Assembly (NCBI GenBank): GCA_963771355.1
Contig: CAVYTA010000006.1
Coordinates: 1,504,001 to 1,568,000 of the forward strand
Direction: 5' to 3'
DNA from: an uncultured Candidatus Rokubacteria bacterium
GTDB lineage: Bacteria > Methylomirabilota > Methylomirabilia > Rokubacteriales > CSP1-6
DNA length: 64,000 bases
Numbering within the stretch: the stretch's first letter is position 1; every line of letters begins with the position of its first letter. The translations under genes were made by a program, and so were the position numbers. Positions 8,492 through 17,928 of this stretch are shown in pieces. The notes under the pieces are model-generated. The model made no database searches. It worked only from the letters and a program-made list of their open reading frames with translations, and was not told where the DNA came from.

Positions 8492-8961
8492 CACCATTCC
8501 AGATCTTCGGGCTCCAGTTCGCGCTGAGTCTCGTGGTGGGCTCGCTGCTCGCGCGCTGGCACGTCTGGCCGCGGCTGGCGGCGCTCCCGACTCGGCGGGC
8601 CCTCCCGCCACTGCTCTTCGTCCACGCCACCCGGTACATCGGGCTCGTCTTCCTGGTGCCCACGGTGGTGCCGCCCGGCGTCCCCGCCGCCTTTGCGGTG
8701 CCCGCCGCTTACGGCGATCTCCTCGCCGCCATGCTCGCGCTCGTGGCTCTCCTCGCCCTGCGCGGCGAATGGCCGGGGGCGCTCGCGCTCTGCTGGCTCT
8801 TCAATGTGGTGGGCACCGCGGACCTCCTGTATGCGGTGGCCCAGGGCGTCCGGCTCGATGTACAGCTCGGCGCCGCGTACTACATCCCCGTCCTCGCGGT
8901 GCCGGTGCTGTTCATCACCCACGCCATGATCTTCGCCCTGCTCCGCCGCCGGCACGGCTGA
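8488..8961 (+). CDS. hypothetical multi-pass membrane protein
   Basis: ATGA overlap with the MATE stop; about 5 hydrophobic segments; HATRY, YGDL, FNVVG. Confidence 0.8.
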   Translation: MTPFQIFGLQFALSLVVGSLLARWHVWPRLAALPTRRALPPLLFVHATRYIGLVFLVPTVVPPGVPAAFAVPAAYGDLLAAMLALVALLALRGEWPGALALCWLFNVVGTADLLYAVAQGVRLDVQLGAAYYIPVLAVPVLFITHAMIFALLRRRHG

Positions 8962-8978
8962 GCGTCAGGAGACCCGTC

Positions 8979-9416
8979 ATGCCCAGGATGCTCGACCTCA
9001 TCCAGAAGACCCAGCGGGGCGAGCTGCCCCCGCCGCCCATCGCCGAGCTGATCGGCTTTCGCCTGAGCTCGGTGGAGCCGGGCCGCGTGGTGGTGGAGTT
9101 GGACGCGGCGCCGCGCCACGCCAATCCGATGGGCACCGTGCACGGGGGCGTGCTCTGCGATCTGGCCGATGCCGCCATGGGCATGGCCTACGCCTCCTCG
9201 CTCGACGAGGGCGAGACCTTCACGACGCTCGAGCTGAAGATCAACTTCCTGAAGCCGGTCTGGACGGGACGCCTCATCGCCACCGGGCGCCTGGTCAAGG
9301 GCGGACGCACCGTGGGCTTGACCGAGTGCGACGTGGTGGACGACAAGGATCGGCTCGTGGCCCGCGCCTCCAGCACCTGCATGACCTTGCGCGGCGAGGC
9401 AGCCGAGGGCCGCTAG
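8979..9416 (+). CDS. PaaI family thioesterase
   Basis: HANPMGTVHGG..LAD.AMG, TTLELKINFLKP; RBS AGGAG. Confidence 0.93.
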   Translation: MPRMLDLIQKTQRGELPPPPIAELIGFRLSSVEPGRVVVELDAAPRHANPMGTVHGGVLCDLADAAMGMAYASSLDEGETFTTLELKINFLKPVWTGRLIATGRLVKGGRTVGLTECDVVDDKDRLVARASSTCMTLRGEAAEGR

Positions 9417-9491
9417 CCCGCTCCGCCCGGCATCCGCTTCGTCTTGACGGCGGCTCCCACCCCCTGCTAGCGTTTCGGCGGGGAGGACGCC

Positions 9492-9665
9492 ATGCACTTC
9501 GAGGTCGAGCTGAGCGAGGAGGAGGGTGGGGTCTTCAAGGCCGTCGCCGTCGCCTACCCGACGGTCACCGCCAGCGGACGCACCGAGAAGGAAGCCCTGG
9601 GCCTGCTCATGGAGGCGATGGAGAAGTACATGCGCGCGCAGGCCAAGGCCGCCGCGCGCGCCTGA
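9492..9665 (+). CDS. small HicB-like (antitoxin N-terminal fold) protein
   Basis: 57 aa, below the ORF-track cutoff: MHFEVELSEEEGGVFKAVAVAYPTVTASGRTEKEALGLLMEAM...; GGAGG RBS; promoter TTGACG-18-TAGCGT. Confidence 0.7.
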   Translation: MHFEVELSEEEGGVFKAVAVAYPTVTASGRTEKEALGLLMEAMEKYMRAQAKAAARA

Positions 9666-9684
9666 GTCGAGCCGCGGCGCCCGG

Positions 9685-11007
9685 TTATCGCGGGGCGGTC
9701 TCCAGCACGCGGCGCAGGAAGAACGGCAGCAGGGTGGCCGTCTCCAGGCTCGTCTCGAGATAGGGGATGGTGTCCCGCGCCCACGTTGCCGCGTAGTGGA
9801 GCGGGGCCAGCGACTGGGCGAGGTCGAACGCCCGGCGGTACCGTGCGGAACCCTCCCGGCCACTCCAGCCCGCCAGGTACGCGTCCTTCACCCGCCGGGC
9901 CGCCGCCCCACGCGCGCCCCAGCGATCGTGGAACCCGTGGCTCCACGGCAGCATGAAGACGCTCCAGAACGGATGTGAGACCACCGCGTCCTCCCAGTCG
10001 AGGTACACGGGTCCCCGGCGGCTCGCGATCATGTTGCCCGCCCAGAAATCCGCGTGATCCAGCGTGAGCGGCACCGCGCAGCCGGCGAGCGCACGGCCCC
10101 GCGCGCGAAGCACGGGCGCCAGCGTGCGGAGCCGCGCGATCTCGCCAACGGAAAGGCGCTCCCGCCCGCCCGCGGCGAGCAGTCGGCGATCGCGGAAGAG
10201 TCCCCTCATCTCGCGCAGAGCCCACTGTGTCCCGCGGTGCGGGCAGCCGAGCCGGCGTAGCGCCGGCGTGTGCCCGACGACGGCGCGCTGCAGGCGCCCG
10301 TACTCGAAGGCCGCCTGCTCCCACCGGCGGAGTTGGCGCGAGTGGCGGAGGCTCGGCCCCTTCGCCTCGCGCGTGAGAAGCCAGCGCCCCCCGCCGCCGA
10401 CCGCCACGACGGGCGCGATCAACCGGGGGAAGCGGTGGGCCAGCCAGCGCGTCAGGCGCGGCTCCCAGTCGCACCGCGCCGCCACCGCCTTGAGATAGAA
10501 GACGCCGCGGCGCGAGCGCAGGCGATAGACGCAGGACGATTCCCACGCGCGGGGCTGCTCGACGCGGGTGGCGGGGGCGCCCATGCGGCGGGCCGCCCAT
10601 CGCAGCGCCCGATCGCGCCAGCCGGGCTTCGCCCACTCCGGACGCCCGCGGGCGGGACGGCGCCACCGCGTCCAGGCCTCGCGGTCGTCTTTCCTGTAGA
10701 GGGAGTGCCCTCTGATCTCCGCGACGGGGATCCAGCGCGCGCCCCGCCCGCGGAGGGGCTGGGCGTCGAAGAGCTCCAGCTCGAGCGCGACATTGAAGGC
10801 ACCGGTGGCGGGATCGCGGGGACGCGCGAGGGGCCGCAGCACGCTCGCCCGGAGACCGTAGCGACGGCGCGCGGCGCGCAGCACCGCGTCGATGGCGCCG
10901 GGGTGCTCGCGCGGCACCTGCACGCTGGGCAGCGCGAGCCCTCGGGAGCTCGCGATCAGGAGGATGCGCGAACGCGTGACATCAGGGACGATCAGCGCGT
11001 GACGCAT
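9685..11007 (-). CDS. aminoglycoside phosphotransferase-like kinase with N-terminal NUDIX-like region
   Basis: FYLKA, LTLDHADFWAGNM, YLDWED. Confidence 0.8.
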   Translation of the reverse strand: MRHALIVPDVTRSRILLIASSRGLALPSVQVPREHPGAIDAVLRAARRRYGLRASVLRPLARPRDPATGAFNVALELELFDAQPLRGRGARWIPVAEIRGHSLYRKDDREAWTRWRRPARGRPEWAKPGWRDRALRWAARRMGAPATRVEQPRAWESSCVYRLRSRRGVFYLKAVAARCDWEPRLTRWLAHRFPRLIAPVVAVGGGGRWLLTREAKGPSLRHSRQLRRWEQAAFEYGRLQRAVVGHTPALRRLGCPHRGTQWALREMRGLFRDRRLLAAGGRERLSVGEIARLRTLAPVLRARGRALAGCAVPLTLDHADFWAGNMIASRRGPVYLDWEDAVVSHPFWSVFMLPWSHGFHDRWGARGAAARRVKDAYLAGWSGREGSARYRRAFDLAQSLAPLHYAATWARDTIPYLETSLETATLLPFFLRRVLETAPR

Positions 11008-11043
11008 GCGTCAGCACCCGGGGGAGGATAGCACGCTCCGCAC

Positions 11044-11078
11044 GGCGAGCCGCAGCCGCAGGCGAGGCGAGCGGATAC
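11044..11078. repeat. short intergenic repeat (REP-like), copy 1
   Basis: GGCGAGCCGCAGCCGCAGGCGAGGCGAGCGGATAC; the same modules recur at 15690-15815. Confidence 0.6.
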
Positions 11079-11134
11079 GGAAAATGCTTCCCGAGCGGGC
11101 GTGGCGGCGGCATGCTAGTGTCGCGTCCGACGGC

Positions 11135-12823
11135 ATGGGCGCCAATCCGTTCCTCGACGCGACGGCGGGCGGGATGCTGGCCGAGGTGGCTGCGCGCTTC
11201 TCCGACCGCGAGGCCCTCGTCGCCGCCGATCGGCGCCTGTCCTACGCGGCGCTCTGGCACGAGGCCCGGCGCTTCGCGCGGGCCCTCCTCGCGCTGGGGG
11301 TGCGGAAGGACGACAAGGTCGCGGTGTGGCTTCCCAACCGCCCCGCCTGGCTCTTCGCCCAGTACGGCTGCGCGCTGATGGGCGCCGTCGTGGTGGCGCT
11401 GAATCCGAGATACAAGGCCCACGAGCTGGCCTATATCCTCAAGCAGTCCGACACCTCCACCCTCCTCCTCGCGGATCACCTCGGGCCGGTGGACTTCCTG
11501 GAGATCCTGGGCGAGGTCCTCCCCGAGCTCACCGCCGCGGTCCCCGGCGAGCTCGAGGCCGGGGGCTTCCCGCTCCTGCGCCGCATCATCGTGGACGCGG
11601 AGGATCCCTATCCCGGCTGCCTGCGTCTCGCCGACGTCCTCGCGGACGCCGACGGACCCGAGCTGGAGGCCGCGCTGGAGGGAGCGCGCGCGCAGATCGC
11701 ACCCGACGATCCCTTCACCATTCTCTACACCTCCGGCACCACCGCCTTCCCCAAGGGCGCGGTGATCAGTCACCGCAACGCGATTCCCCACGGCTGGTAC
11801 TGCGGCGAGGTCCTGCGCGTGACACCGGCGGACCGCGTGCTCCACGCTTTGCCCTTGTCGGGCACGTGGGGCGGTCTCTGCATCCCGCTGTCGACCTTCT
11901 CCCGCGGCGCCACCCTCGTGCTCATGGAGAGCTTCGACGCCACCGTGGCGCTGGCTCTCATGGAGCGCGAGCGCATCTCGATCTGGAACGCGGTGGACGC
12001 AATGGCCATCGCCGTCCTCGACCATCCGGACCTCGGACGCCGGGATCGCTCGCACCTCCGCACCGGCGGCTTCGGCATGACGGGCGGTGGCCGCGACGGG
12101 CTCTTCGAGGAGATCGTCGAGCGGCTGGGCGTCCGACAGGCCTATCAGCCCTATGGCATGACCGAGCTCAACGCCCTCTGCCTGCACCATCAGCTCGACG
12201 AGCCGGCGGCGGCGCGCGCGCTGCCGGGAGTGTGGCCCGCGGACGGGATCGAGGCACGCTGCGTCCATCCCGACACCGGGCGCGACGTGGCGGCGGGCGA
12301 GGAGGGAGAGCTCTGGTTCCGCGGCCGGCTCGTCACCCGCGGCTACTATCGGAAGCCGGAGGAAACCGCCAAGGCCTTCACCGCGGACGGCTGGTTCAGG
12401 ACCGGCGACCTCGCCGCGCACGACGCCGAGGGGCGCTTCGTCTTCAGAGGACGGCTTCGCGAGGTACTGCGCATCAGCCACTTCATGGTGGCGCCCGCCG
12501 AGATCGAGGCCTTCCTCATGGAGCACCCGGCCGTGCTGCAGGCCTTCGTGTTCGGTGTGCCCGATCCCAAGCTCAACGAAGTGGCGGTGGCTTACGTGAT
12601 TCCCCGTCCCGGCGCCACGGTCACCCCGGAGGAGATCGTGGCCCACTGCCGGGGCCGGATCGCCTCCTACAAGGTGCCGCGCCACGTGCGGGTGGTGGCC
12701 GACGTGCCGCGCACGCCCGGGCCCCATGGCGACAAGGTCCAGAAGGGCCGGCTCCGCGAGCAGTTCCTTGAAGGCCTGGGAACCCTCGCGTATGCTCCCG
12801 GCATGAAGGAGACCACCCCGTGA
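11135..12823 (+). CDS. acyl-CoA synthetase (AMP-binding)
   Basis: ILYTSGTTAFPKG, YGMTE, GWFRTGD, YKVP; start ATG 11135 inferred. Confidence 0.93.
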   Translation: MGANPFLDATAGGMLAEVAARFSDREALVAADRRLSYAALWHEARRFARALLALGVRKDDKVAVWLPNRPAWLFAQYGCALMGAVVVALNPRYKAHELAYILKQSDTSTLLLADHLGPVDFLEILGEVLPELTAAVPGELEAGGFPLLRRIIVDAEDPYPGCLRLADVLADADGPELEAALEGARAQIAPDDPFTILYTSGTTAFPKGAVISHRNAIPHGWYCGEVLRVTPADRVLHALPLSGTWGGLCIPLSTFSRGATLVLMESFDATVALALMERERISIWNAVDAMAIAVLDHPDLGRRDRSHLRTGGFGMTGGGRDGLFEEIVERLGVRQAYQPYGMTELNALCLHHQLDEPAAARALPGVWPADGIEARCVHPDTGRDVAAGEEGELWFRGRLVTRGYYRKPEETAKAFTADGWFRTGDLAAHDAEGRFVFRGRLREVLRISHFMVAPAEIEAFLMEHPAVLQAFVFGVPDPKLNEVAVAYVIPRPGATVTPEEIVAHCRGRIASYKVPRHVRVVADVPRTPGPHGDKVQKGRLREQFLEGLGTLAYAPGMKETTP

Positions 12824-13845
12824 AGCTCGACATCGGCATGCTGACCCACGATCTCCAGACCCTTCCGGACTACGCGCGCAAGGCCGAGGCCATGGGCTAC
12901 GACACGCTCTGGTCGGCGGAGACCCAGCACGATCCCTATCTGCCCCTCGCGGTGGCGGCCTCCGCCACGTCGCGAATCAAGCTGGGCACCAATATCGCCA
13001 CCGTGTTCTCGCGCAGCCCCATGGTCACCGCCATGATCGCGTGGGATCTCCAGAAGGCCTCGGGCGGGCGCTTCACGCTGGGGCTCGGCACCCAGGTCAA
13101 GGCGCACAACGAGCGCCGCTTCTCGGTGAAGTACGAGTCGCCCGGGCCGAAGATGGCGGAGGCGGTGCGCGCGATCCATGCCATCTGGGATTGCTGGCAG
13201 AACGGGACCAAGCTCGACTTCAAGGGGCAGTTCTACACCTTCGACGTCATGACACCCTTCTTCAATCCCGGGCCCATCGATCACCCGAAGATCCCCGTCT
13301 TCGTGGCGGCGGTGAATCCCTACATGTGCGGGGTGGCCGGCGAGTTCTGCGACGGGATGCACGTGCATCCCTTCAACAGCCCCAAGTACCTCCGCGAGAT
13401 CGTGCAGCCGGCGGTCAATGCGGGACTGGCGAAGTCCGGCCGCGCGCGCAAGGACTTCACCTATGCCACCGCCTCCTTCGTGGTGGTGGGTGACACGCCG
13501 GAGGAGCGGAGCCAGCAGGCCCAGATGGTCAAGCAGCAGATCGCGTTCTACGGCTCGACGCGCACCTATCAACCGGTGCTCGACTGCCACGGCTGGGGCG
13601 ATCTCACCACCAAGCTCCACCGGAAGTCCATCGAGGGCGACTGGAAGGGCATGGCGGACCTCATCACCGACGAGATGCTGGACACCTATGCCGTGACCGC
13701 GACCTATGACAAGCTGGCCGCCGCCCTGCAGGCGCGGTACGCGGGGCTGCTCGACCGCACCGGGCTCTATCAGCCCTACCCGCCGCGCCAGGACGATCCG
13801 CGCCTCCCCGCGCTGGTCAAGGCCTTCAACGGGAGTCCATCATGA
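12820..13845 (+). CDS. LLM-class, probably F420-dependent oxidoreductase (MSMEG_2256-like)
   Basis: SAETQHDPYLPL, GRFTLGLGTQVKAHNERRF, IAFYGST..Y; RBS AAGGAG; internal promoter-like TTGAAG-17-TATGCT at 12768-12796. Confidence 0.88.
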   Translation: MKLDIGMLTHDLQTLPDYARKAEAMGYDTLWSAETQHDPYLPLAVAASATSRIKLGTNIATVFSRSPMVTAMIAWDLQKASGGRFTLGLGTQVKAHNERRFSVKYESPGPKMAEAVRAIHAIWDCWQNGTKLDFKGQFYTFDVMTPFFNPGPIDHPKIPVFVAAVNPYMCGVAGEFCDGMHVHPFNSPKYLREIVQPAVNAGLAKSGRARKDFTYATASFVVVGDTPEERSQQAQMVKQQIAFYGSTRTYQPVLDCHGWGDLTTKLHRKSIEGDWKGMADLITDEMLDTYAVTATYDKLAAALQARYAGLLDRTGLYQPYPPRQDDPRLPALVKAFNGSPS

Positions 13846-14648
13846 CGGACAAGGTGCAGGTCGAGATCAAGAGCCCGGTCGCCACCATCACGCTCAACAA
13901 GCCCGATCGCCTCAATGCGCTGGACGTGGAGATGTGGGAGGGCATCGCCGACGCCGCCGCCCAGGTGGACGCGGCGCCCGAGGTGCGCGTCGCCGTCCTC
14001 ACCGGCGCCGGCGGCGCCTTCTGCGCGGGTCTCGACCTCAAGGCGGGCTCCACGCTGTCCCGGCCCGCGGGTGAGACGCTGCCCCAGACCCTGGTGGGGA
14101 TCCGCACCCACCTCAAGCATCTGCAGGAGTGCTTCACGCGGCTGGAGTCCTGCCGCGTGCCGGTGATCGCCAGCATCCAGCGCGCGTGTCTCGGCGGCGG
14201 CCTCGAGCTGGCACTGTGCTGCGACGTGCGCCTCGCCGCCGAGGGGACGATCTTCTCCATCCCCGAGGTGCAGATCGGCATCGTGCCCGACATGGGCGGC
14301 ACCCAGCGCCTGCCGCGCACGGTGGGGATCGGCAAGGCCAAGGAGCTGATCTATTCCGCGCGGCGCATCGACGCCGCCGAGGCGCTGCGCATCGGGCTCG
14401 TCAACGGGGTCTACCCCGCCGCCGACCTCCCCGCCCGGGTGGCGGAGCTGGCCGCCGAGATCGCCGCCAATGCGCCGCTCGCCGTGCAGGCCGCGAAGCA
14501 ATCCATCAACGGCACCTACTGGCGCGAGCGCGAGTCGTGGCTCGCCTGGGAGGCCGACCTCGCCGCGCCGGTGCTCCTCTCCGAGGACCGTCTCGAGGGC
14601 ATGCGGGCCGGGCAAGAGCGCAAGCGCGCCAACTTCAAGGGGAGATAG
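13842..14648 (+). CDS. enoyl-CoA hydratase/isomerase
   Basis: LNKPDRLNAL, FCAGLDL, GGGLELALCCD, PEVQIGIVPDMGG. Confidence 0.94.
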   Translation: MTDKVQVEIKSPVATITLNKPDRLNALDVEMWEGIADAAAQVDAAPEVRVAVLTGAGGAFCAGLDLKAGSTLSRPAGETLPQTLVGIRTHLKHLQECFTRLESCRVPVIASIQRACLGGGLELALCCDVRLAAEGTIFSIPEVQIGIVPDMGGTQRLPRTVGIGKAKELIYSARRIDAAEALRIGLVNGVYPAADLPARVAELAAEIAANAPLAVQAAKQSINGTYWRERESWLAWEADLAAPVLLSEDRLEGMRAGQERKRANFKGR

Positions 14649-14656
14649 GCCCCGGC

Positions 14657-15685
14657 ATGAAGGCGCTCGCGTTCCAGGAGCACGGCGGTCTCGACAAGCT
14701 CAAGTATCAGGTGGTGGCCGACCCCAAGGTCGGCGCCGGCGATGTGCTCGTGCGGGTCAAGGCGGTGGCGCTCAACCACCTGGACCTCTTCGTCCGCGAG
14801 GGAATGCCCGGGCTCAAGCTGCCCCTGCCGTTCTGGTCCGGCTGCGATATTGCCGGTGACATCGCCGAGGTGGGGGGCAGCGTGTCAGGCGTGGCGGTGG
14901 GCGACCGCGTGGTCGTCAACCCCAACCTGGAGTGCGGGCGCTGCGAGTACTGCCAGAAGGGCCAGCACAGCCTCTGCGTGTCCTACGGCATCCTGGGCGA
15001 GCACACGCACGGGGGGCTGGCCGAGTACGTGAAGGTGGACGGCCGGAAAGTGGTCAAGCTCCCGGACGCGGTGACGTACGAGAACGCCGCCGCCTTCGTC
15101 CTCGTCAACATGACCGCCTGGCGCATGCTGGTGTCCCAGGCCCGGCTGCGCGCGGGGGAGGACCTGCTCATCCTCGGCGTGGGCGGTGGCGTCTCGTCCG
15201 CCGGCGTGCAGATCGGCAAGCTCTGCGGCGCGCGGGTATGGGTGACGTCGTCCAGCGACGAGAAGCTCGAGCGGGCCCGCGCGCTCGGCGCCGACGAGTG
15301 CATCAACTACGCGAAGGAGGACTGGGTGAAGGTCATCGCCCAGAAGACAGGGCGGCGCGGGGTGGACGTGGTGCTGGAAAACGTGGGCGCCGCCACCTGG
15401 GCGGGAGCCATTCGCGCGCTCGGCAAGGGCGGCCGGCTCGTCACCTGCGGGGGCACCTCCGGACCCATCTGCGAGACCGACGTGCGGCAGGTGTTCTGGA
15501 AGCAGATCTCCATCATCGGCTCCACCATGTCCACCAATGCCGAGTTCGCCGCCGTCTTGGGCCAGCTCTTCCGGGGCCGGCTCAAGGCCATCGTGGACTC
15601 CGTGATGCCGCTCGAGGACGGCGTGGCCGCACAGCAGCGACTGGCCGAGGGCAAGCAGTTCGGTAAGATTGTCCTCACTCCGTAA
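14657..15685 (+). CDS. zinc-binding medium-chain dehydrogenase/reductase
   Basis: ALNHLD, CGRCEYC..C, GVGGGV, GKIVL. Confidence 0.92.
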   Translation: MKALAFQEHGGLDKLKYQVVADPKVGAGDVLVRVKAVALNHLDLFVREGMPGLKLPLPFWSGCDIAGDIAEVGGSVSGVAVGDRVVVNPNLECGRCEYCQKGQHSLCVSYGILGEHTHGGLAEYVKVDGRKVVKLPDAVTYENAAAFVLVNMTAWRMLVSQARLRAGEDLLILGVGGGVSSAGVQIGKLCGARVWVTSSSDEKLERARALGADECINYAKEDWVKVIAQKTGRRGVDVVLENVGAATWAGAIRALGKGGRLVTCGGTSGPICETDVRQVFWKQISIIGSTMSTNAEFAAVLGQLFRGRLKAIVDSVMPLEDGVAAQQRLAEGKQFGKIVLTP

Positions 15686-15689
15686 CCCG

Positions 15690-15815
15690 GTAGCGGCTTG
15701 GCGAGCCGCAGCCCGCAGTGGGAGCCGCAGCCGTAGGCGAGGCGACCATCCAAGAAATCGAGGCGAGCGGATACATGATGGGGTCCGAGCGGAGCGAGGC
15801 GAGGCGAGCGGACTC
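15690..15815. repeat. composite REP-like intergenic repeat
   Basis: GTAG leading into the imperfect palindrome GCGGCTT-GGC-GAGCCGC, then repeated GAGCCGCAGCC and GAGGCGAGCGGA modules. Confidence 0.6.
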
Positions 15816-16457
15816 ATGACGGACGAGATGACCCGTTACTACGCCGAGCGGGCGGCGGAGTATGACCGCGTCTATTCCCACCCGGCCTGGGCCCGGGACC
15901 TTCCCCGGCTCGGCGAGCGGATCGAGGCGCTCTTCCCCGGGCGCCGCGTGTTCGAGGTCGCCTGCGGCACCGGCTACTGGACGGAGCGCGTGGCCCGCGT
16001 GGCGGCGCGCGTTCACGCCGAGGATCTCAGCGCCGAGACGCTCGCCCTCGCCCGCCGACGCCCCTACGCCCCCGCCACCGTGACCCTGGCGCGCCACGAC
16101 GCCTACGTGCCGGGAATCGGCGGATTCGACGGCGGCCTGGCCGCGCTCTGGCTCTCCCATGTCGATCTCGCGCGGATGGACGACTTTCTGGCCGCCTTCC
16201 ACTCGCGGCTCGAGCGAGGGGCGGTCGTATTCATGTTCGACGAGCGCGACACGCCGGACCGGCCGGCGGCCGCCAGCCGCGTGGACGAGGCGGGCAATCG
16301 CTACGAGCGGCGCCGACTCGCGGCGGGAGGGGAGTTCGAGATCGTGAAGAACTTCTTCGACGGCGACGGGCTCGCGCGCCGACTCGCCGCGCATGGACGG
16401 GCGTTCGCCTTCGAGGAGCTCGAGCGCTTCTGGATGCTCGCCTACCGCGCGCGCTAG
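15816..16457 (+). CDS. class I SAM-dependent methyltransferase
   Basis: YYAERAAEYD, EVACGTGYWT, WLSHV, FEIVKNF. Confidence 0.9.
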   Translation: MTDEMTRYYAERAAEYDRVYSHPAWARDLPRLGERIEALFPGRRVFEVACGTGYWTERVARVAARVHAEDLSAETLALARRRPYAPATVTLARHDAYVPGIGGFDGGLAALWLSHVDLARMDDFLAAFHSRLERGAVVFMFDERDTPDRPAAASRVDEAGNRYERRRLAAGGEFEIVKNFFDGDGLARRLAAHGRAFAFEELERFWMLAYRAR

Positions 16458-17521
16458 GCGGCGGGAGGCGCGGCCCGGCGGGAGCGGACGGCCTTGGCGA
16501 GGTCGGTGAGGACCGGTAGCGTGAGGTCCCAGCCCAGGCAGGCGTCGGTGATGCTCTGACCGTATCGAAGCGGCTGGCCGGCCACGAGGTCCTGCCGGCC
16601 GTCCTCGAGAAAGCTCTCCAGCATCACGCCGAAGATGCTCCGGTCTCCTGCCCCCACCTGCTCGGCGATGTCCCCCGCCACGATCGGCTGGCGGCGATAG
16701 TCCTTGCCGCTATTGCCGTGGCTGGCGTCGATCATGAGGCGCGGCGGCAGTCCCGCCGCGCGTAGCGCGTCCCCCACCCGGGCCACGCTCGCGGCGTCGT
16801 GGTTGGGGCCGGTCTGGCCGCCGCGGAGAATCACGTGGCAGTCGGGATTGCCCCGCGTGGCCACGATGGCGCCCAGGCCCTGCTCGGTCACGCCGAGAAA
16901 GCTGTGAGGATGGGCGCTCGAGCGGACGGCGTCGATGGCGATCTGGACGCCCCCGTCGGTGCCGTTCTTGAAGCCCACCGGCATGGACAGGCCCGAGGCC
17001 AGCTCCCGGTGCACCTGGCTCTCCGTGGTACGGGCGCCGATGGCGCCCCAGGACACCAGGTCGGAGGTGAACTGCGGCGAGATGGGATCCAGGAACTCGC
17101 AGCCGGCGGGCAGTCCCAGCTCTGCCAGGTCGAGCAGCAGCCGGCGCGCCCGGCGCAGCCCTTCGTTGATGGCAAAGCTGCCGTCGAGTCGCGGGTCGTT
17201 GATCAGCCCCTTCCAGCCCACGGTGGTCCGGGGCTTCTCGAAGTACACCCGCATCACGATGCAGAGGTCGCCCGCCAGGTCATCGGCCAGGGACTTCAGC
17301 CGGCGTCCGTACTCGAGGCCGGCGACGGGGTCGTGGATGGAGCAGGGGCCCACGACGACCACCAGACGGTCGTCCGCACCGCGGAGCACGGCCGAGACCT
17401 CGTCCCGGCCCCGGGTCACCGTGGCGGAGCTCCGCTCGCCCAGGGGCACCTCCTCGAGGAGGATGGCCGGGGGCACCAGGGGGCGAAAATTCTCGACGCG
17501 AAGATCACGGGTACGGTGCAT
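16454..17521 (-). CDS. aroG: 3-deoxy-7-phosphoheptulonate (DAHP) synthase, class I
   Basis: GPCSIHD, RVYFEKPRTTVGWKGLINDP, IGARTTESQVHRELASG, YGQSITDAC. Confidence 0.97.
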   Translation of the reverse strand: MHRTRDLRVENFRPLVPPAILLEEVPLGERSSATVTRGRDEVSAVLRGADDRLVVVVGPCSIHDPVAGLEYGRRLKSLADDLAGDLCIVMRVYFEKPRTTVGWKGLINDPRLDGSFAINEGLRRARRLLLDLAELGLPAGCEFLDPISPQFTSDLVSWGAIGARTTESQVHRELASGLSMPVGFKNGTDGGVQIAIDAVRSSAHPHSFLGVTEQGLGAIVATRGNPDCHVILRGGQTGPNHDAASVARVGDALRAAGLPPRLMIDASHGNSGKDYRRQPIVAGDIAEQVGAGDRSIFGVMLESFLEDGRQDLVAGQPLRYGQSITDACLGWDLTLPVLTDLAKAVRSRRAAPPAA

Positions 17522-17579
17522 GCTCTTGGCTCAGGCGGCCATTATGCCTCAAGAAGACCGGAAGTCGAGAGTTGCTAAG

Positions 17580-17674
17580 TGTCGACCCCCTTTACATTTT
17601 CCACACGATCGCGAGGAGCACATCATCCAAGTGCCGATACAATCGCGCCTCGTGGGTGTGGCATCCCCCGTGCT
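17580..17674 (+). promoter_or_regulatory. enhancer box plus sigma-54 promoter
   Basis: TGTCGACCCCCTTTACA (TGT-N11-ACA, 17580-17596); TGGCAT-CCCCC-GTGCT (17659-17674) with correct -24/-12 spacing. Confidence 0.65.
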
Positions 17675-17708
17675 ATCACGCACTGGTTGCCAAAAAGGAG
17701 CCTCGCTC

Positions 17709-17924
17709 ATGTCCCCTGTCGCCCCTCGCAGGGCCCGGTGGTCCGGGCTTGCGACCCTGCTGCTCGTCATGCTGCTTCCCGGTCCGGCGGTCGCCCTCAC
17801 ACGGACGGCCGAGGTGCCTCAGCCGGAGAGCCTGCTGCTCCTGGGGGTGGGGCTGATCCTGGTCGCGGTGGTTGTGGGCTGGGCGCGACGGCGGCCCAAC
17901 CAGCGGCCCAGCCAGGACCGCTAG
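17709..17924 (+). CDS. minimal PEP-CTERM-like protein
   Basis: RBS AAAAGGAG; signal peptide ending AVA, then LTRTAE-VPQPESLLLLGVGL...WARRR. Confidence 0.72.
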   Translation: MSPVAPRRARWSGLATLLLVMLLPGPAVALTRTAEVPQPESLLLLGVGLILVAVVVGWARRRPNQRPSQDR

Positions 17925-17928
17925 GCTT

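Noticed and set aside
15690..15815. CRISPR array
   Set aside because: No constant repeat-spacer periodicity and no cas genes.
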